Shown here: positions 36,615 through 46,883 of the stretch, in pieces
Numbering within the stretch: position 1 is the first letter of the stretch
How the letters are laid out: each line of letters starts with the position of its first letter
Virus record (IMG/VR): IMGVR_UViG_3300020472_000032
Coordinates: 1 to 55,457 of that record
Source of the DNA: a virus
Lineage: Duplodnaviria > Caudoviricetes
Direction: 5' to 3' (one strand)
DNA length: 55,457 nt
Notes under the pieces: model-generated
Database searches by the model: none
What the model saw: only the letters and a program-made list of their open reading frames with translations
Told to the model about the DNA's origin: nothing
Translations under genes and position numbers: made by a program

Positions 36615-39600
36615 TTATTTCTCGCTACTATTAGTTATAAGAGAACTTACTTGTTCTGTCAAGCGATTTATTTGTTCTTGTTGTTCTTTCATACCCTCTA
36701 TTAATAATGCTGTTAACTTTTGGTAATCAACTGCTTTAGTTCCATCTGTTCTATCTTTTACAACTTCTGGTAATACTGCTTCTACTTCCTGAGCAATAAC
36801 ACCAATGTCATGTTTTTGCACAAAGTAACCATCTTCACCACCACGCTTTGCAATATGTTCATCAGTCCAATCAAACATTACACCACGTATAGCATTAATT
36901 TTTCCTAGTGGATCTGCAATTACTTCTATGTTTTCTTTTAAATTTCTATCAGATGAATAAAATGCTGTAACATCACCTTCTGCTCTAACTTCATTATCAG
37001 CTATTGCACCAGTAAGAGAACCAATGTATATACCTTTAGTTATGTTCATACCATAATGGTCCATTCTAACAGTTTCTGCATTGTTGCCTGAAGCGTCATC
37101 AGTAAAGAAACAATGTCGTCCGCTGTTTTCTTGGTTATTATAATAAAAATGTCCATCTTCCCAATATGCAATAAATCCACCATCGCCTGCGGTGTGTCCC
37201 ATATCTTCGTTTGTAAACTTAATTTGTGAACCGTCACCAGCAGTAGGTTGATATAAATGCAATGTAGCAAGACTATAGTTTGGATCTGAAGGAACAGGAG
37301 TTCCGCCTATTCCAACATTACCTGCACTATCTATTCGCATACGTTCAGTTCCAGCAGTTGAAAATGCTATAGTATCTGCGACACCAGAAGGTTGAAACAT
37401 TCCAGTATTTAAATCACCATTAAAGGTATACCCTGGACTTCCTGCTGTTCGCCCATCATTTGTTGTACCTTGAATTACAGGAGCGTGGCTATTTCCATTA
37501 CCTACTCGTAAATCACCATTTGTCTGAAGCCTCATACATGAAGTTAAAGTACCACTGGTATTTGCAGTTTGAAAATCTATATAACCGCCATGGGCTGAAT
37601 TTGTAGTTTGAGAAAGATCAAGCCTGGCCATGTCGCCTTGACTGCTTGTACCTGTAATTCTACCTCCTGCTGAAACCTGATTTAACTTTTGATGACTTGT
37701 AATATGACCATTAGCGTCGAGTGTTGTTGTGCCACCGGCTTGATCTGAGATTATAATTCCAGAAACAGTAACACCAGTAGATTTAGTTGCTAATTTCTGT
37801 GTACCATAATGAGATAATACAACTTCACCAGTTGAGCCGTCAGCCACAACATAGTTTGCAGTACCACCACTGCCATCGTCTGATTGAAGAGTTACATCTT
37901 TATCATCGGCTGTGTTAATTATATGAAGATTACCTGTGCCCTCAGTAATAGTAGCATCGGTACCAGTATGTTTAATTTCTAGATCAGCATCTGAACCAAA
38001 TGTTGCTTTAGCATTATCGCCCCACTCCATTGCGTCATCTGATTTGTCCCAAACTACATTATAGTTGTCGCCTGTAAATGTTACATCACCTGAGAATGAA
38101 CCTCCAGTATCGCTAACAAAGTTACCAAGTTGACTGGTAAGTGCCACAGTACCTGTTGAGTCTGGTAATGTAATTGTGTTGTTTGCTGTTGGATCTGTTG
38201 CTGTTAACAGCGTGTCATTACCATTGTCGGTTGAACCTTCAAAGTAAACACCAGTTGATCCTGATACTTGAAATGAAGATGCTATTGCTTGTCCTGACAC
38301 AGTAAGATTATTACTGCTTGGATTGTATGCCAATCCAGCGTCTGTGTACACTTGGTTAACTGCCATCGATGAATCATCACTGTCAACAATGCTTACATAA
38401 TGAGCGGCATCTATGGCGCCTCTTTGTATTGTGTGTATAGTTTGTGCTTCTGCGGCCGTTGATGCTGAACCTGTTACGTTACCTGTAAGAGCACCTTCAA
38501 ACGTTGTAGCAACTAATGTACCTAAACTAAAACTTCCATCTGATGTGTTAACATTTCCTGTTAATGCAGGATCATATTCATCAAATACTTTCCATTTTTG
38601 ATCTGTAACATCAAAGAATAAACCAACTTGTGTAAATCCTACACCAGACGCACCTGTGTTTCTAAATCCAACTACACCTACGTCTATGTTAGCTGGTGCG
38701 GCAACACCGTTCCATATATCATTGCTTGTATGTCCTGATGTTGCATTAAATTTAACTTTGATACCACTATCTAGTGTTTGTTCATTTCCAGTAATGCTTA
38801 CACCAGTTGCTTCTGTAGATGAAAAGTTATCTTTACTCCAACTAAATGTATCTGGAGAACCTGTACCATCAATTTTTACATAATATGTTGTACTTGCTGT
38901 GCCTTCAAACAATCCATGGAATGTTACGTCATTTAGTCCACTGCCTGAAAAGTTAACTGTACCAATACTATCTCCTGATCCTAGGAAAATATAAGGATCT
39001 TCAACGTTCAACGAGTTAACATCTGTACTAGCACTAGTACCCAAAATAGTTAAATTACCACCAATAACAACATCACCATCAAATCGTGCATCGCCTGTTG
39101 TTCTAAAACTCGCCGCCATATTGTTGATCATATCAACATATACAACACCTGTACTTGCATGTGATTTAGTTGTTTTACAAACTTCAACACTAAAGTTAGG
39201 ATATGTTGGTGAAGTTGCTGTCAAACTACCTGCACTATCAACATACAACGGAGCACCAACACTAAATGAACTGGTATCTAAGTTAAAATACAAACCTTGT
39301 ATCATAACATAACCATAACCTGTGTTAGCAATACTACCAAATGTTAAACCTATTGTGTGTTGTACATCAGTTGAACTTTTATCAGAAAGTGAAACTTTCA
39401 TACCACCAGCTGTGAGTCCACCACTGTATCGCACAGCCTTACCGGCACCAATTGTTGCACCTGTATCGTTATAAACATATTGGAATGTGTTCTGTCCAAT
39501 TCTAATAATCTGTGATTGATCGCCTGTGTAGTATGCTAGAGCATCAAAGTTATTTTCGTAAAATATTCTGCCTTCGGCGGCACTACCAGGAGTGCCTGCA

Positions 39601-41018
39601 CCGGTGTCAATATCCATATAATCAACACCATCTATGTAACCCTGTGCCTTAATATTATCTGTATGTGTGTTTAACCAACGCAATGAAGCTGAACCAAGTT
39701 CCCTTGTGCCGTCATTGTCGGGTAAAATACTACTATCAACCTTAGCTGTTATAGTAAGTGTATCTGTGTTTGCATCACCAATGTCTATATTACCATTAAG
39801 TGTACTTGCACCAGCTACAGTTAGTCCACCACCTATATGAACATTTTCAGCAATACCTACACCACCATCTACAATAAGAGCACCTGTAGTTGTACTAGAA
39901 CTTGTAGTTGTAGCATTTAGGTTTACTGCACTTGTAACATCAAGTGTACCTGCAATAACTGTATTACCAGTTGAGGCCGCTATAGTTACTTTGTTTAAAC
40001 TATCACCATATGTGATATCACCAGTAGCACCTATTGTCATTCTTACTGTACCAGCAGTTTTAAAATCTAATTCATCATTGTCTGCACCTGCACTATCTTC
40101 TGCTAAAATAGTTGTGTCGCCATCTCCGTCTTTAACTCCGCCTAATGAGCCCCATGCTGATCCATCATAACCTTCAAATGAACTATCATCTGTGTTATAA
40201 CGTAATTGTCCTTGAACGGCAGTTGGTCTTTGTGCAGTACTACCAACTGGAATTTGCACAGAACCAGTTGTTGCAATAGTCATGTTAGTGCCATCAAATG
40301 TAAAATTTGCATCATCTTCTAATAAACCAGATGTGCCTGCAATCGTGATTCTATTATCTGTTAAATCAGACAATGTCATATTTTTAAATTTAGCACCACC
40401 TAATGTACCTGATATTACTTCACTAGTATTAGATGCTTGAGGGATATAAGCAAATTTACTATCAGTATCGTCCATTCCAAAGAAGCCAATTCTAGCACTA
40501 CTACCATCATGCCAACGATATTCAACACCTCTATCTTTGTTGTCATCAGATCCCGGTGCAGTATCACCACCTAATGTAATAATAGGATCATCTACTGTCA
40601 TTGTAGTACTATTAACAGTACTAGTTGTTCCATTAACTGTTAAGTTACCTGTAATAGTAACATCATTTGGCAAACCTACTGTAAGAGTACCACTTGATTC
40701 TCCTACTTCTACTTCGTTTGCAGTACCTTGTACTGTAAGTGTTCCTCCACCTGCTATAGCAGATGAATTAGAACCATCAGTTACTGTAAATGCTGTTGGT
40801 AAATTTGTAATAGTTTGTCCACCAAAGTCGACTGCTTTGTTAAAAACAATTTTTTCTGCACTATTACTTGTGTCAAATGTAAGATAGGCTGTACTGCCTT
40901 CTTTAATTACTAAAGCTGTTGCCGAAGCATCCTTTAGTACTATCTCACTATCATTACCTGCTGAATTTTCTACTGTAAGGCCATTTTTGACCTTAAAATT
41001 ATGTTGATAAGTTGCCAT
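36615..41018 (-). CDS. long tail fibre/spike protein with C-terminal intramolecular chaperone (peptidase S74)
   Basis: 1467 aa, Gly/Thr/Ser-rich repeats; YSSDRNLKENI...IGVIAQEVE..LPEVV..VDYQKL..LLIEGMKE coiled coil. Confidence 0.9.
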   Translation of the reverse strand: MATYQHNFKVKNGLTVENSAGNDSEIVLKDASATALVIKEGSTAYLTFDTSNSAEKIVFNKAVDFGGQTITNLPTAFTVTDGSNSSAIAGGGTLTVQGTANEVEVGESSGTLTVGLPNDVTITGNLTVNGTTSTVNSTTMTVDDPIITLGGDTAPGSDDNKDRGVEYRWHDGSSARIGFFGMDDTDSKFAYIPQASNTSEVISGTLGGAKFKNMTLSDLTDNRITIAGTSGLLEDDANFTFDGTNMTIATTGSVQIPVGSTAQRPTAVQGQLRYNTDDSSFEGYDGSAWGSLGGVKDGDGDTTILAEDSAGADNDELDFKTAGTVRMTIGATGDITYGDSLNKVTIAASTGNTVIAGTLDVTSAVNLNATTTSSSTTTGALIVDGGVGIAENVHIGGGLTVAGASTLNGNIDIGDANTDTLTITAKVDSSILPDNDGTRELGSASLRWLNTHTDNIKAQGYIDGVDYMDIDTGAGTPGSAAEGRIFYENNFDALAYYTGDQSQIIRIGQNTFQYVYNDTGATIGAGKAVRYSGGLTAGGMKVSLSDKSSTDVQHTIGLTFGSIANTGYGYVMIQGLYFNLDTSSFSVGAPLYVDSAGSLTATSPTYPNFSVEVCKTTKSHASTGVVYVDMINNMAASFRTTGDARFDGDVVIGGNLTILGTSASTDVNSLNVEDPYIFLGSGDSIGTVNFSGSGLNDVTFHGLFEGTASTTYYVKIDGTGSPDTFSWSKDNFSSTEATGVSITGNEQTLDSGIKVKFNATSGHTSNDIWNGVAAPANIDVGVVGFRNTGASGVGFTQVGLFFDVTDQKWKVFDEYDPALTGNVNTSDGSFSLGTLVATTFEGALTGNVTGSASTAAEAQTIHTIQRGAIDAAHYVSIVDSDDSSMAVNQVYTDAGLAYNPSSNNLTVSGQAIASSFQVSGSTGVYFEGSTDNGNDTLLTATDPTANNTITLPDSTGTVALTSQLGNFVSDTGGSFSGDVTFTGDNYNVVWDKSDDAMEWGDNAKATFGSDADLEIKHTGTDATITEGTGNLHIINTADDKDVTLQSDDGSGGTANYVVADGSTGEVVLSHYGTQKLATKSTGVTVSGIIISDQAGGTTTLDANGHITSHQKLNQVSAGGRITGTSSQGDMARLDLSQTTNSAHGGYIDFQTANTSGTLTSCMRLQTNGDLRVGNGNSHAPVIQGTTNDGRTAGSPGYTFNGDLNTGMFQPSGVADTIAFSTAGTERMRIDSAGNVGIGGTPVPSDPNYSLATLHLYQPTAGDGSQIKFTNEDMGHTAGDGGFIAYWEDGHFYYNNQENSGRHCFFTDDASGNNAETVRMDHYGMNITKGIYIGSLTGAIADNEVRAEGDVTAFYSSDRNLKENIEVIADPLGKINAIRGVMFDWTDEHIAKRGGEDGYFVQKHDIGVIAQEVEAVLPEVVKDRTDGTKAVDYQKLTALLIEGMKEQQEQINRLTEQVSSLITNSSEK

Positions 41019-41077
41019 ATCGTTTCCCTCTCCACGGTTAAGGCTACACTATTGTATATTGTTATTATTTACCTATT

Positions 41078-43264
41078 TTAGATTAAGTGTTTCTCAGCTA
41101 TGAATCTGTAATTCATATTGTTAGATGTTGCAGGAGTTAGACGTAATCTAACATTTCCACCATTAATATCAGCTGATACTGTGAACTGAACTTCGTCACT
41201 TTGAAGAGATCCGTATGTTGTTTGATAAACATCAGTTCCGTTATGTAATACTAAAATTTGTGTTATGTGAAATTTAGTTGCAGTAGTATTTTCACATGAT
41301 ATAAAATACTTTGCACTTCTATATGTTGCTATAGGCCAACTATCTACAGAAAATTGAGCTGTTGATGAACTAGTTGCTGTACTTGCATGACTATGATATG
41401 CATTATGCATGTGTATATTGTTTGTAAAAACAGTACCAAGTTGATCGCTTGATGATCCTAAATCAATTCCGCCTTGACCGCTAACAACTAATGTACCAGT
41501 TGCATCAGGAAATGATATAGTTCTATCTGCTGTAGGTGTTGTTGGCTGAACTACTAAACTATGAGAACCACCCCAAGTATCATAACGTAATACTTGATCT
41601 GCAGAAAGTGTAAAATTATGATTATCAAATACATATGATAAAGTTTCTGATCCACCTTTTTGTAAATGTATTTCGACTCTACCATCTTCACTACTGTCAG
41701 AGTCATCTATAATCCTACCAACTATTTTACCATAATTTTTATTAGCAGAAGCATCATTTTTTCCTCTAAAAGTTATATGACCTAAATAATCTAATCCAGC
41801 CGGACTAGCAGAATCTCTAGCTAATACTATACTAGGCCCCGCAGTAGAACCAGCATCAGCAGAAGTTAATGTAATATCTCCTGTAACCTGAATATTACCA
41901 GGACCATTAATATTATTACTATTGAGATCTAAGTTACCGCCCAATTGAGGAGTTGAATCATTTACTACTTCAGCAACTACTACTGACCATTCTAATGCAT
42001 TTCCAGCACTATTTGACCTTAAATATTTAAGAGGATCAAAATCACCTGGACCATCTGTTAATTCTACAAATGTAGTTGTAGTAAAGTTAGTCCATGCACT
42101 ACCAATATAACCTTCAAATTCATTGCTGTTTGTATTATAACGGATCATGCCTACTTCTGGCGAACCAGGTCTTTGTGCATTACTACCACCTGGTAGTTTT
42201 AAAGTACCAGTAGTATCTATTGTCATGTTAGTGCCATCAAACCCAAATGATGAATTAGTAGTTAACCTACCACTTGAACCAGCATAAACAATTTTATTAT
42301 TAGCTAAATCACCTACTTCTAATTCAGTAAATGTACCTCTGCCTTGTGATGTTAAATTACCAGTAAGCGAAGTAATACCTTTAACAGTTAAATTATCTTC
42401 TGCTTCTAATTCACCTAGGTGTACTTTGATATAATCTACAATGTTTACATTACCAGAAGTTTGTCCATCTTCTGTAGGACATGAAATAAAAGCAACTTCA
42501 TCTTCGCTTTCGTCATATATGGCACCTACGTTATTTGTGTTTGTAGATGTGCCATCACCTCTAGTAACAATAAACCCTTGGTCGACTGTTTGTGTTGTAG
42601 TGCCTTCGCCTAATTTAATGAGTGCTTGGTTAATAGATGTACTAACAAGTTGTGTTTGAGTACCACTTACTTGAAAGTTTCCTGTCATAGTAACTGTACC
42701 ACCAACGTTCATGTCTCCACCAACGTTTAATGCACCGCCAACACCAGCACCTCCAGATACAACCAATGCACCTGTAGAAGTACTAGAACTTGCAGTACTG
42801 TCATTGATATCAACTCTTGCATCAAAATCTGCAATACCACCTACCAGCACAGTAGAATCAAGTGTTACTGCACCTGATGCTTTTAAAGTTCCGCCTATAT
42901 CTAATAATTTTGTTGGAACAGCTAAACCAATTCCAACATTACCATCAGAATGGATAATCATACGTTGAGTATTAGCAGTATAAAAATCTATTTGATCGTT
43001 GTCTGCTCCGTCAGCGTCTTCAACTTGAATATATGTATCTAAATCTATATCTTGTACTAAGGTAGTAAATGTTTTCCAATTGGAACCATTGTGTCCTTCA
43101 AATCTAGATGTTGTTGAATTAAATCTTATATCACCAGCACTAGGTGAGCCTGGTCTGTTAGCTGTAGTTCCTGAAGGAAGATTTAACGAACCGGTTATAT
43201 CTAGCTTCAATTCATTTGATTGAGTTAATATCAGATTTTGTTGGTGATCTAATTTAATTGCCAT
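41078..43264 (-). CDS. fibre-like virion structural protein
   Basis: Two RP..G.IR(F/Y)N..FEG..W modules; TPQLGGNLDLN; C-terminal YRSAKY..HNG..YG domain. Confidence 0.75.
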   Translation of the reverse strand: MAIKLDHQQNLILTQSNELKLDITGSLNLPSGTTANRPGSPSAGDIRFNSTTSRFEGHNGSNWKTFTTLVQDIDLDTYIQVEDADGADNDQIDFYTANTQRMIIHSDGNVGIGLAVPTKLLDIGGTLKASGAVTLDSTVLVGGIADFDARVDINDSTASSSTSTGALVVSGGAGVGGALNVGGDMNVGGTVTMTGNFQVSGTQTQLVSTSINQALIKLGEGTTTQTVDQGFIVTRGDGTSTNTNNVGAIYDESEDEVAFISCPTEDGQTSGNVNIVDYIKVHLGELEAEDNLTVKGITSLTGNLTSQGRGTFTELEVGDLANNKIVYAGSSGRLTTNSSFGFDGTNMTIDTTGTLKLPGGSNAQRPGSPEVGMIRYNTNSNEFEGYIGSAWTNFTTTTFVELTDGPGDFDPLKYLRSNSAGNALEWSVVVAEVVNDSTPQLGGNLDLNSNNINGPGNIQVTGDITLTSADAGSTAGPSIVLARDSASPAGLDYLGHITFRGKNDASANKNYGKIVGRIIDDSDSSEDGRVEIHLQKGGSETLSYVFDNHNFTLSADQVLRYDTWGGSHSLVVQPTTPTADRTISFPDATGTLVVSGQGGIDLGSSSDQLGTVFTNNIHMHNAYHSHASTATSSSTAQFSVDSWPIATYRSAKYFISCENTTATKFHITQILVLHNGTDVYQTTYGSLQSDEVQFTVSADINGGNVRLRLTPATSNNMNYRFIAEKHLI

Positions 43265-43288
43265 ACCTACACTCTTTCACTGTGCAAG

Positions 43289-43296
43289 TATTTATA
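43289..43296 (-). promoter_or_regulatory. T4-type late promoter TATAAATA
   Basis: Exact consensus upstream of 41078-43264. Confidence 0.65.
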
Positions 43297-44206
43297 CGTT
43301 TACTGTCTGGCGAATGATCTTCAGTGTAGCACTAGTGGCCGCGGCCATTGTAACTTTAAGTTCAACGTTTGCTCCATTAACAGCGGCAGTAAATGTACCT
43401 AGTGTACCGCCACTAACCAATGTACCGTATTGTGTAATATAGGAATTTGTACCATCATGTCCTACCATTACTTTACTACTTTGAAAGTCTGTACCTTGTG
43501 AAATAGATATAAAATATTCACTAGCTCTAAAACTTGCTTTAGCAAATGTATCTAGTACAGTTAATGATGTAGAGGCTATGGTTGCTCCAGCACTTGTAAT
43601 ATGACTATCATTAGCACCACTACCACTTATTTTATAAGTTGGTGTAATTAATGATGTAGTAACTGTAACATCAGCTGGTAAACCAACTGTTACTGTATCT
43701 GTTGCACCTACAACAACTTCAACTTCATTAGTAGTTCCATTAAATGTTAACGAATCAGTTGCTAATGCTACAGCTTGTGTATTAGAAGCACCGTCAACAA
43801 TATTTAATGTAGAAGAGGAGCCAGTATCAACATAATTTTTAGTTGCGGCATCTTGAGCCGCAGTAGGATCGCCTAAGTTTTCTATTTTGCCTGTGCCTAG
43901 GTCTGCACTTTTTAACCATGCTTTGCTCCAAGTTGCACCTGTTGTTCCCAATGAATATGTGTTATCACCATTTGGTCTAATATTAGAACCTATGTCCGCG
44001 GCAAGATTAAGTGTGTCTGTGTCAGCATCACCTAAACTAAGTGTACCACCGTCTGCTGTAATATTACCTTTAACATATAATGCTTTTTCTACTAGAACTC
44101 CACCTTTGAGTTGTAAAGCACCTGTAGACACAGTTGAATCTGTTGTATCTTCGACTACTGTAATTGTTGCTCCACTACCTGAAGCTGTTTTTCTGAAACT
44201 TGGCAT
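43292..44206 (-). CDS. fibre-like virion structural protein
   Basis: PT..QDAATKNYVD fibre repeat; C-terminal domain paralogous to that of 41078-43264. Confidence 0.7.
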   Translation of the reverse strand: MPSFRKTASGSGATITVVEDTTDSTVSTGALQLKGGVLVEKALYVKGNITADGGTLSLGDADTDTLNLAADIGSNIRPNGDNTYSLGTTGATWSKAWLKSADLGTGKIENLGDPTAAQDAATKNYVDTGSSSTLNIVDGASNTQAVALATDSLTFNGTTNEVEVVVGATDTVTVGLPADVTVTTSLITPTYKISGSGANDSHITSAGATIASTSLTVLDTFAKASFRASEYFISISQGTDFQSSKVMVGHDGTNSYITQYGTLVSGGTLGTFTAAVNGANVELKVTMAAATSATLKIIRQTVNV

Positions 44207-44235
44207 TGCATTCTCCTACTAAGAGTATTTAGCCA

Positions 44236-44261
44236 AAAAGGAAGACGCCAAAGGCGCCTTC
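44236..44261 (-). terminator. intrinsic terminator ending the ncRNA
   Basis: GAAGGCGCC-ttt-GGCGTCTTC followed by CTTTTT. Confidence 0.75.
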
Positions 44262-44284
44262 GCAAATTTAATAATTGGAGTTAT

Positions 44285-44493
44285 TAAGTGAGTAGGGAGG
44301 ATTCGGGTATACCTCCAAACCGTCGACCGAGATACCATTCTCAAAGCCAGGTAGCCTAGTTCCGCTCGGGAGAGCGATGTGATACAACGCATTTCTGCAA
44401 CCATACCTGGGTACCACCCCTAACTAGCCAAGTTACACACTCTGGTAAATGTGCGTTTCCTTGCACTACTCTAACAAGACCGTCGCCTTATTA
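44285..44493 (-). ncRNA. structured non-coding RNA of about 200 nt (resembles the manA RNA motif class; unverified)
   Basis: GC-rich intergenic island with closing helix GAGTAG/CTACTC, several hairpins and a pseudoknot; own sigma70 promoter and terminator. Confidence 0.75.
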
Positions 44494-44499
44494 ATACTT

Positions 44500-44528
44500 A
44501 ATATAATACTTCTTTCCCCAGAAGTCAA
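44500..44528 (-). promoter_or_regulatory. sigma70 promoter of the ncRNA
   Basis: TTGACT-17 nt-TATATT with A-tract upstream. Confidence 0.75.
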
Positions 44529-44548
44529 CCTTTTTTTGCATCTTTTTC

Positions 44549-44581
44549 AAAAAAAAATGGGCCACCAAAGTGACCCATTTT
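44549..44581 (-). terminator. intrinsic terminator of major capsid gene
   Basis: ATGGGTCAC-tttg-GTGGCCCAT followed by a long T-run. Confidence 0.85.
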
Positions 44582-44601
44582 GTATATCGTATAACCGAAA
44601 C

Positions 44602-45759
44602 TTATGTAAAGCTAAGGTTACCGCTGTTGATTGTAATACCTTCAACATAGTCTGCCGCATTACCGAGCGATGAAGCTTGGTTGGACAATTCAGTGTAACC
44701 GTATCGTGTCATAAATGAAACTACTGGTTCGAATGTTGATGGATCCATAACAACGCCACTGCTCATTAATGGAATATATGGGCAGTAGTAAGCTGGTGCG
44801 TCCATTTCGCCTGAGCCTTTGTAGCCTACCAATGCAACAGTACCGTCTGATGCATACTGGTCTGCGTACACTCTCATTGTACCATTCAATGTACCAACAA
44901 ATTTAGTGTTAGTTGGTGCTTCGAAAGGTCCTTCAGTTGTTCTTGCGAAGGCTGAAGTTGTAGCTGACTGAAGAACAGTAAGCATTGCTGGTGATACTAC
45001 CAAGTAGTTACCTGCGCCTCTTCTTGTTCTTGCGGCGATCAAGTTAGCGGCTCTATTTACTAGAACTGCAAATGCGGCATGCTCGTCACCAACAAATGTA
45101 GCAGTACCGGATACGCCGGCCTGGTTATATGTTAATGAAGGTGTACCTGCCAAGCTTCTAAGAGAAGCAAGGATTTCTTGGTCGATTTCAGCAGTAATTT
45201 CTTGGGCTAGTGCCGCCATAACTTCTGCTTCTACGTCGAGGCCGTGCATAGAATTTGCATCTTGAGCGGCTTCAAAAGTCCATCGAGCTGATAGCTTTCT
45301 GGTTTTTGCTTCGACTGTTTGCTTTAGTACCTGGATGCTTAACTTTTTACCAGCAGTAGCTTCAAGAGTTGAAGTTGCGTCTGCGGCGTTAGTTGTTGCA
45401 TTACCAGAATATCCAGTAGCAATTGAGAATGGGCTTAGTGCCTCATCACCTGAAGTAGCTGAGTCAAATGTTTCAGCATATCTTACTCTAAGTGTGTGGA
45501 TTTGACCCACTGGGCCTGTCATAGGCTGAACACCAACTAGCTCGTTAGCGATAACTGTTGGCATAACACGTCTGATGACTGGAAGGATAACTTTATTTAA
45601 AGTTGCAATGTTACCGGCCATTGTAGTGCCAGCAGATGCAGTCTCTGTCAAATAGCTTTTAGTATTCTCTAGAGTTTGCTCCATAACAACTTTTTTGTTA
45701 CCTTCAAGTCCGTCGGTCAGTGCAGTTTTGGTTTCATTCCAATTTTCTGTTAGGTTCAT
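44602..45759 (-). CDS. 23: major capsid protein (T4 gp23-like)
   Basis: IRRVMP..IANELVGVQPMTGP, VEAKTRKLSARWT.EAAQD, EITAEID.EI, YCPYIPL, MTRYG. Confidence 0.97.
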   Translation of the reverse strand: MNLTENWNETKTALTDGLEGNKKVVMEQTLENTKSYLTETASAGTTMAGNIATLNKVILPVIRRVMPTVIANELVGVQPMTGPVGQIHTLRVRYAETFDSATSGDEALSPFSIATGYSGNATTNAADATSTLEATAGKKLSIQVLKQTVEAKTRKLSARWTFEAAQDANSMHGLDVEAEVMAALAQEITAEIDQEILASLRSLAGTPSLTYNQAGVSGTATFVGDEHAAFAVLVNRAANLIAARTRRGAGNYLVVSPAMLTVLQSATTSAFARTTEGPFEAPTNTKFVGTLNGTMRVYADQYASDGTVALVGYKGSGEMDAPAYYCPYIPLMSSGVVMDPSTFEPVVSFMTRYGYTELSNQASSLGNAADYVEGITINSGNLSFT

Positions 45760-45774
45760 TGGATTCACTCCTAA

Positions 45775-46881
45775 TTAATTGCGGATACCCGCTAGTTTGC
45801 GAAGGTTGATAATTTCAGCCTGTGTTCCGCTATTATTAGAGTCACTTGAGGCTTTGTTACCTGTAAACTCAGTCTTCTGAGTTTCGTTAATCATATTATT
45901 TTTAGTTGGCGTAGCATCTTCCTTTATAACGCTAGGCAAATACTTCTTAAACTGTCGTTGTAGTCTGTCAGTTTGTACACTTTCGAGTAGATCTGACATA
46001 ATTTCACGTTTGTCTTTAGCCAACGGAGCCATAAGCTCGTCGAGGATTTGCTTTCTTTCTGTTGATTGTTCCATTACTTTAACAGCCTTCTTGCCTTCTG
46101 CTATCATAACGTCTTTTTCATTCAGCTTATCTTCAGCTTCTTTCAACAGACCCGACATATCCTCTATTTTCTTAGAAAGTTTTTTAACTTCAGTACCTTC
46201 TGCTAGGTAACTTGTCATAAACTCACCTGCAAATGTTTCGAATATTTTACGTCCGAATTCATTTTCACGTGCTGACTTAATATCTTCCTTCAGTGTTGCC
46301 AATTCCTTGACAAAACCTTCTGATACGATGCCATGCACTTTTTCAGATGCTTGTTTAACAAACTTAGCTCTGGTATCTTCGATTACTTTCTTTCCTTCTT
46401 TAATCATTTTGACTTTTTGCTCAACTAGTGAACGCTTGTCATCATGAAATTCATTTAACTCCTTAGTGAGTTGCTGGATTGCAAAGCCTTCTAGCTTAGA
46501 TATTTTATCTTCGCCAGCTTTACGATCCGCTCTCAATTCGGAAATTTCCTTCTTGAGAGTTTCCATAATGAAATTGTTTAGAACTTCAGCATGTTCGGCA
46601 ATCGCTTTTTTGTACGTTACACGTTCTTCTGCTACTTTTTTCTTGTCTTCATTAAACTCAGTGAGTTCTTTGACTACAACATCACGTAGCATTTTATCCG
46701 CGGCTTCAATGATCTGAGATTTATCATGATCATATCGCTGTGCAAATTCTTCTCTAAGTTCGCTAGTAATATTTTTCTTAGCTTCTTCGAGTTTTGCTTC
46801 AAATGCTTCATTTATAGATGCTCTAACATCTTCGGAAAGCACCTCGGAGCCTAGAAGTTCTTCAATCGCTGTAAGAGCCAT
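45775..46881 (-). CDS. 22: prohead core scaffold (T4 gp22-like)
   Basis: Long Glu/Lys coiled coil between protease and MCP. Confidence 0.85.
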   Translation of the reverse strand: MALTAIEELLGSEVLSEDVRASINEAFEAKLEEAKKNITSELREEFAQRYDHDKSQIIEAADKMLRDVVVKELTEFNEDKKKVAEERVTYKKAIAEHAEVLNNFIMETLKKEISELRADRKAGEDKISKLEGFAIQQLTKELNEFHDDKRSLVEQKVKMIKEGKKVIEDTRAKFVKQASEKVHGIVSEGFVKELATLKEDIKSARENEFGRKIFETFAGEFMTSYLAEGTEVKKLSKKIEDMSGLLKEAEDKLNEKDVMIAEGKKAVKVMEQSTERKQILDELMAPLAKDKREIMSDLLESVQTDRLQRQFKKYLPSVIKEDATPTKNNMINETQKTEFTGNKASSDSNNSGTQAEIINLRKLAGIRN

Positions 46882-46883
46882 TT

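Noticed and set aside
36615-44206. Diversity-generating retroelement acting on the fibres
   Set aside because: No reverse transcriptase in the window and no ~100-nt repeat pair differing only at adenines; the repeats seen are paralogous protein modules
44219-44404. 61-aa minus-strand ORF
   Set aside because: Overlaps the structured RNA and its terminator; no clear RBS; atypical composition
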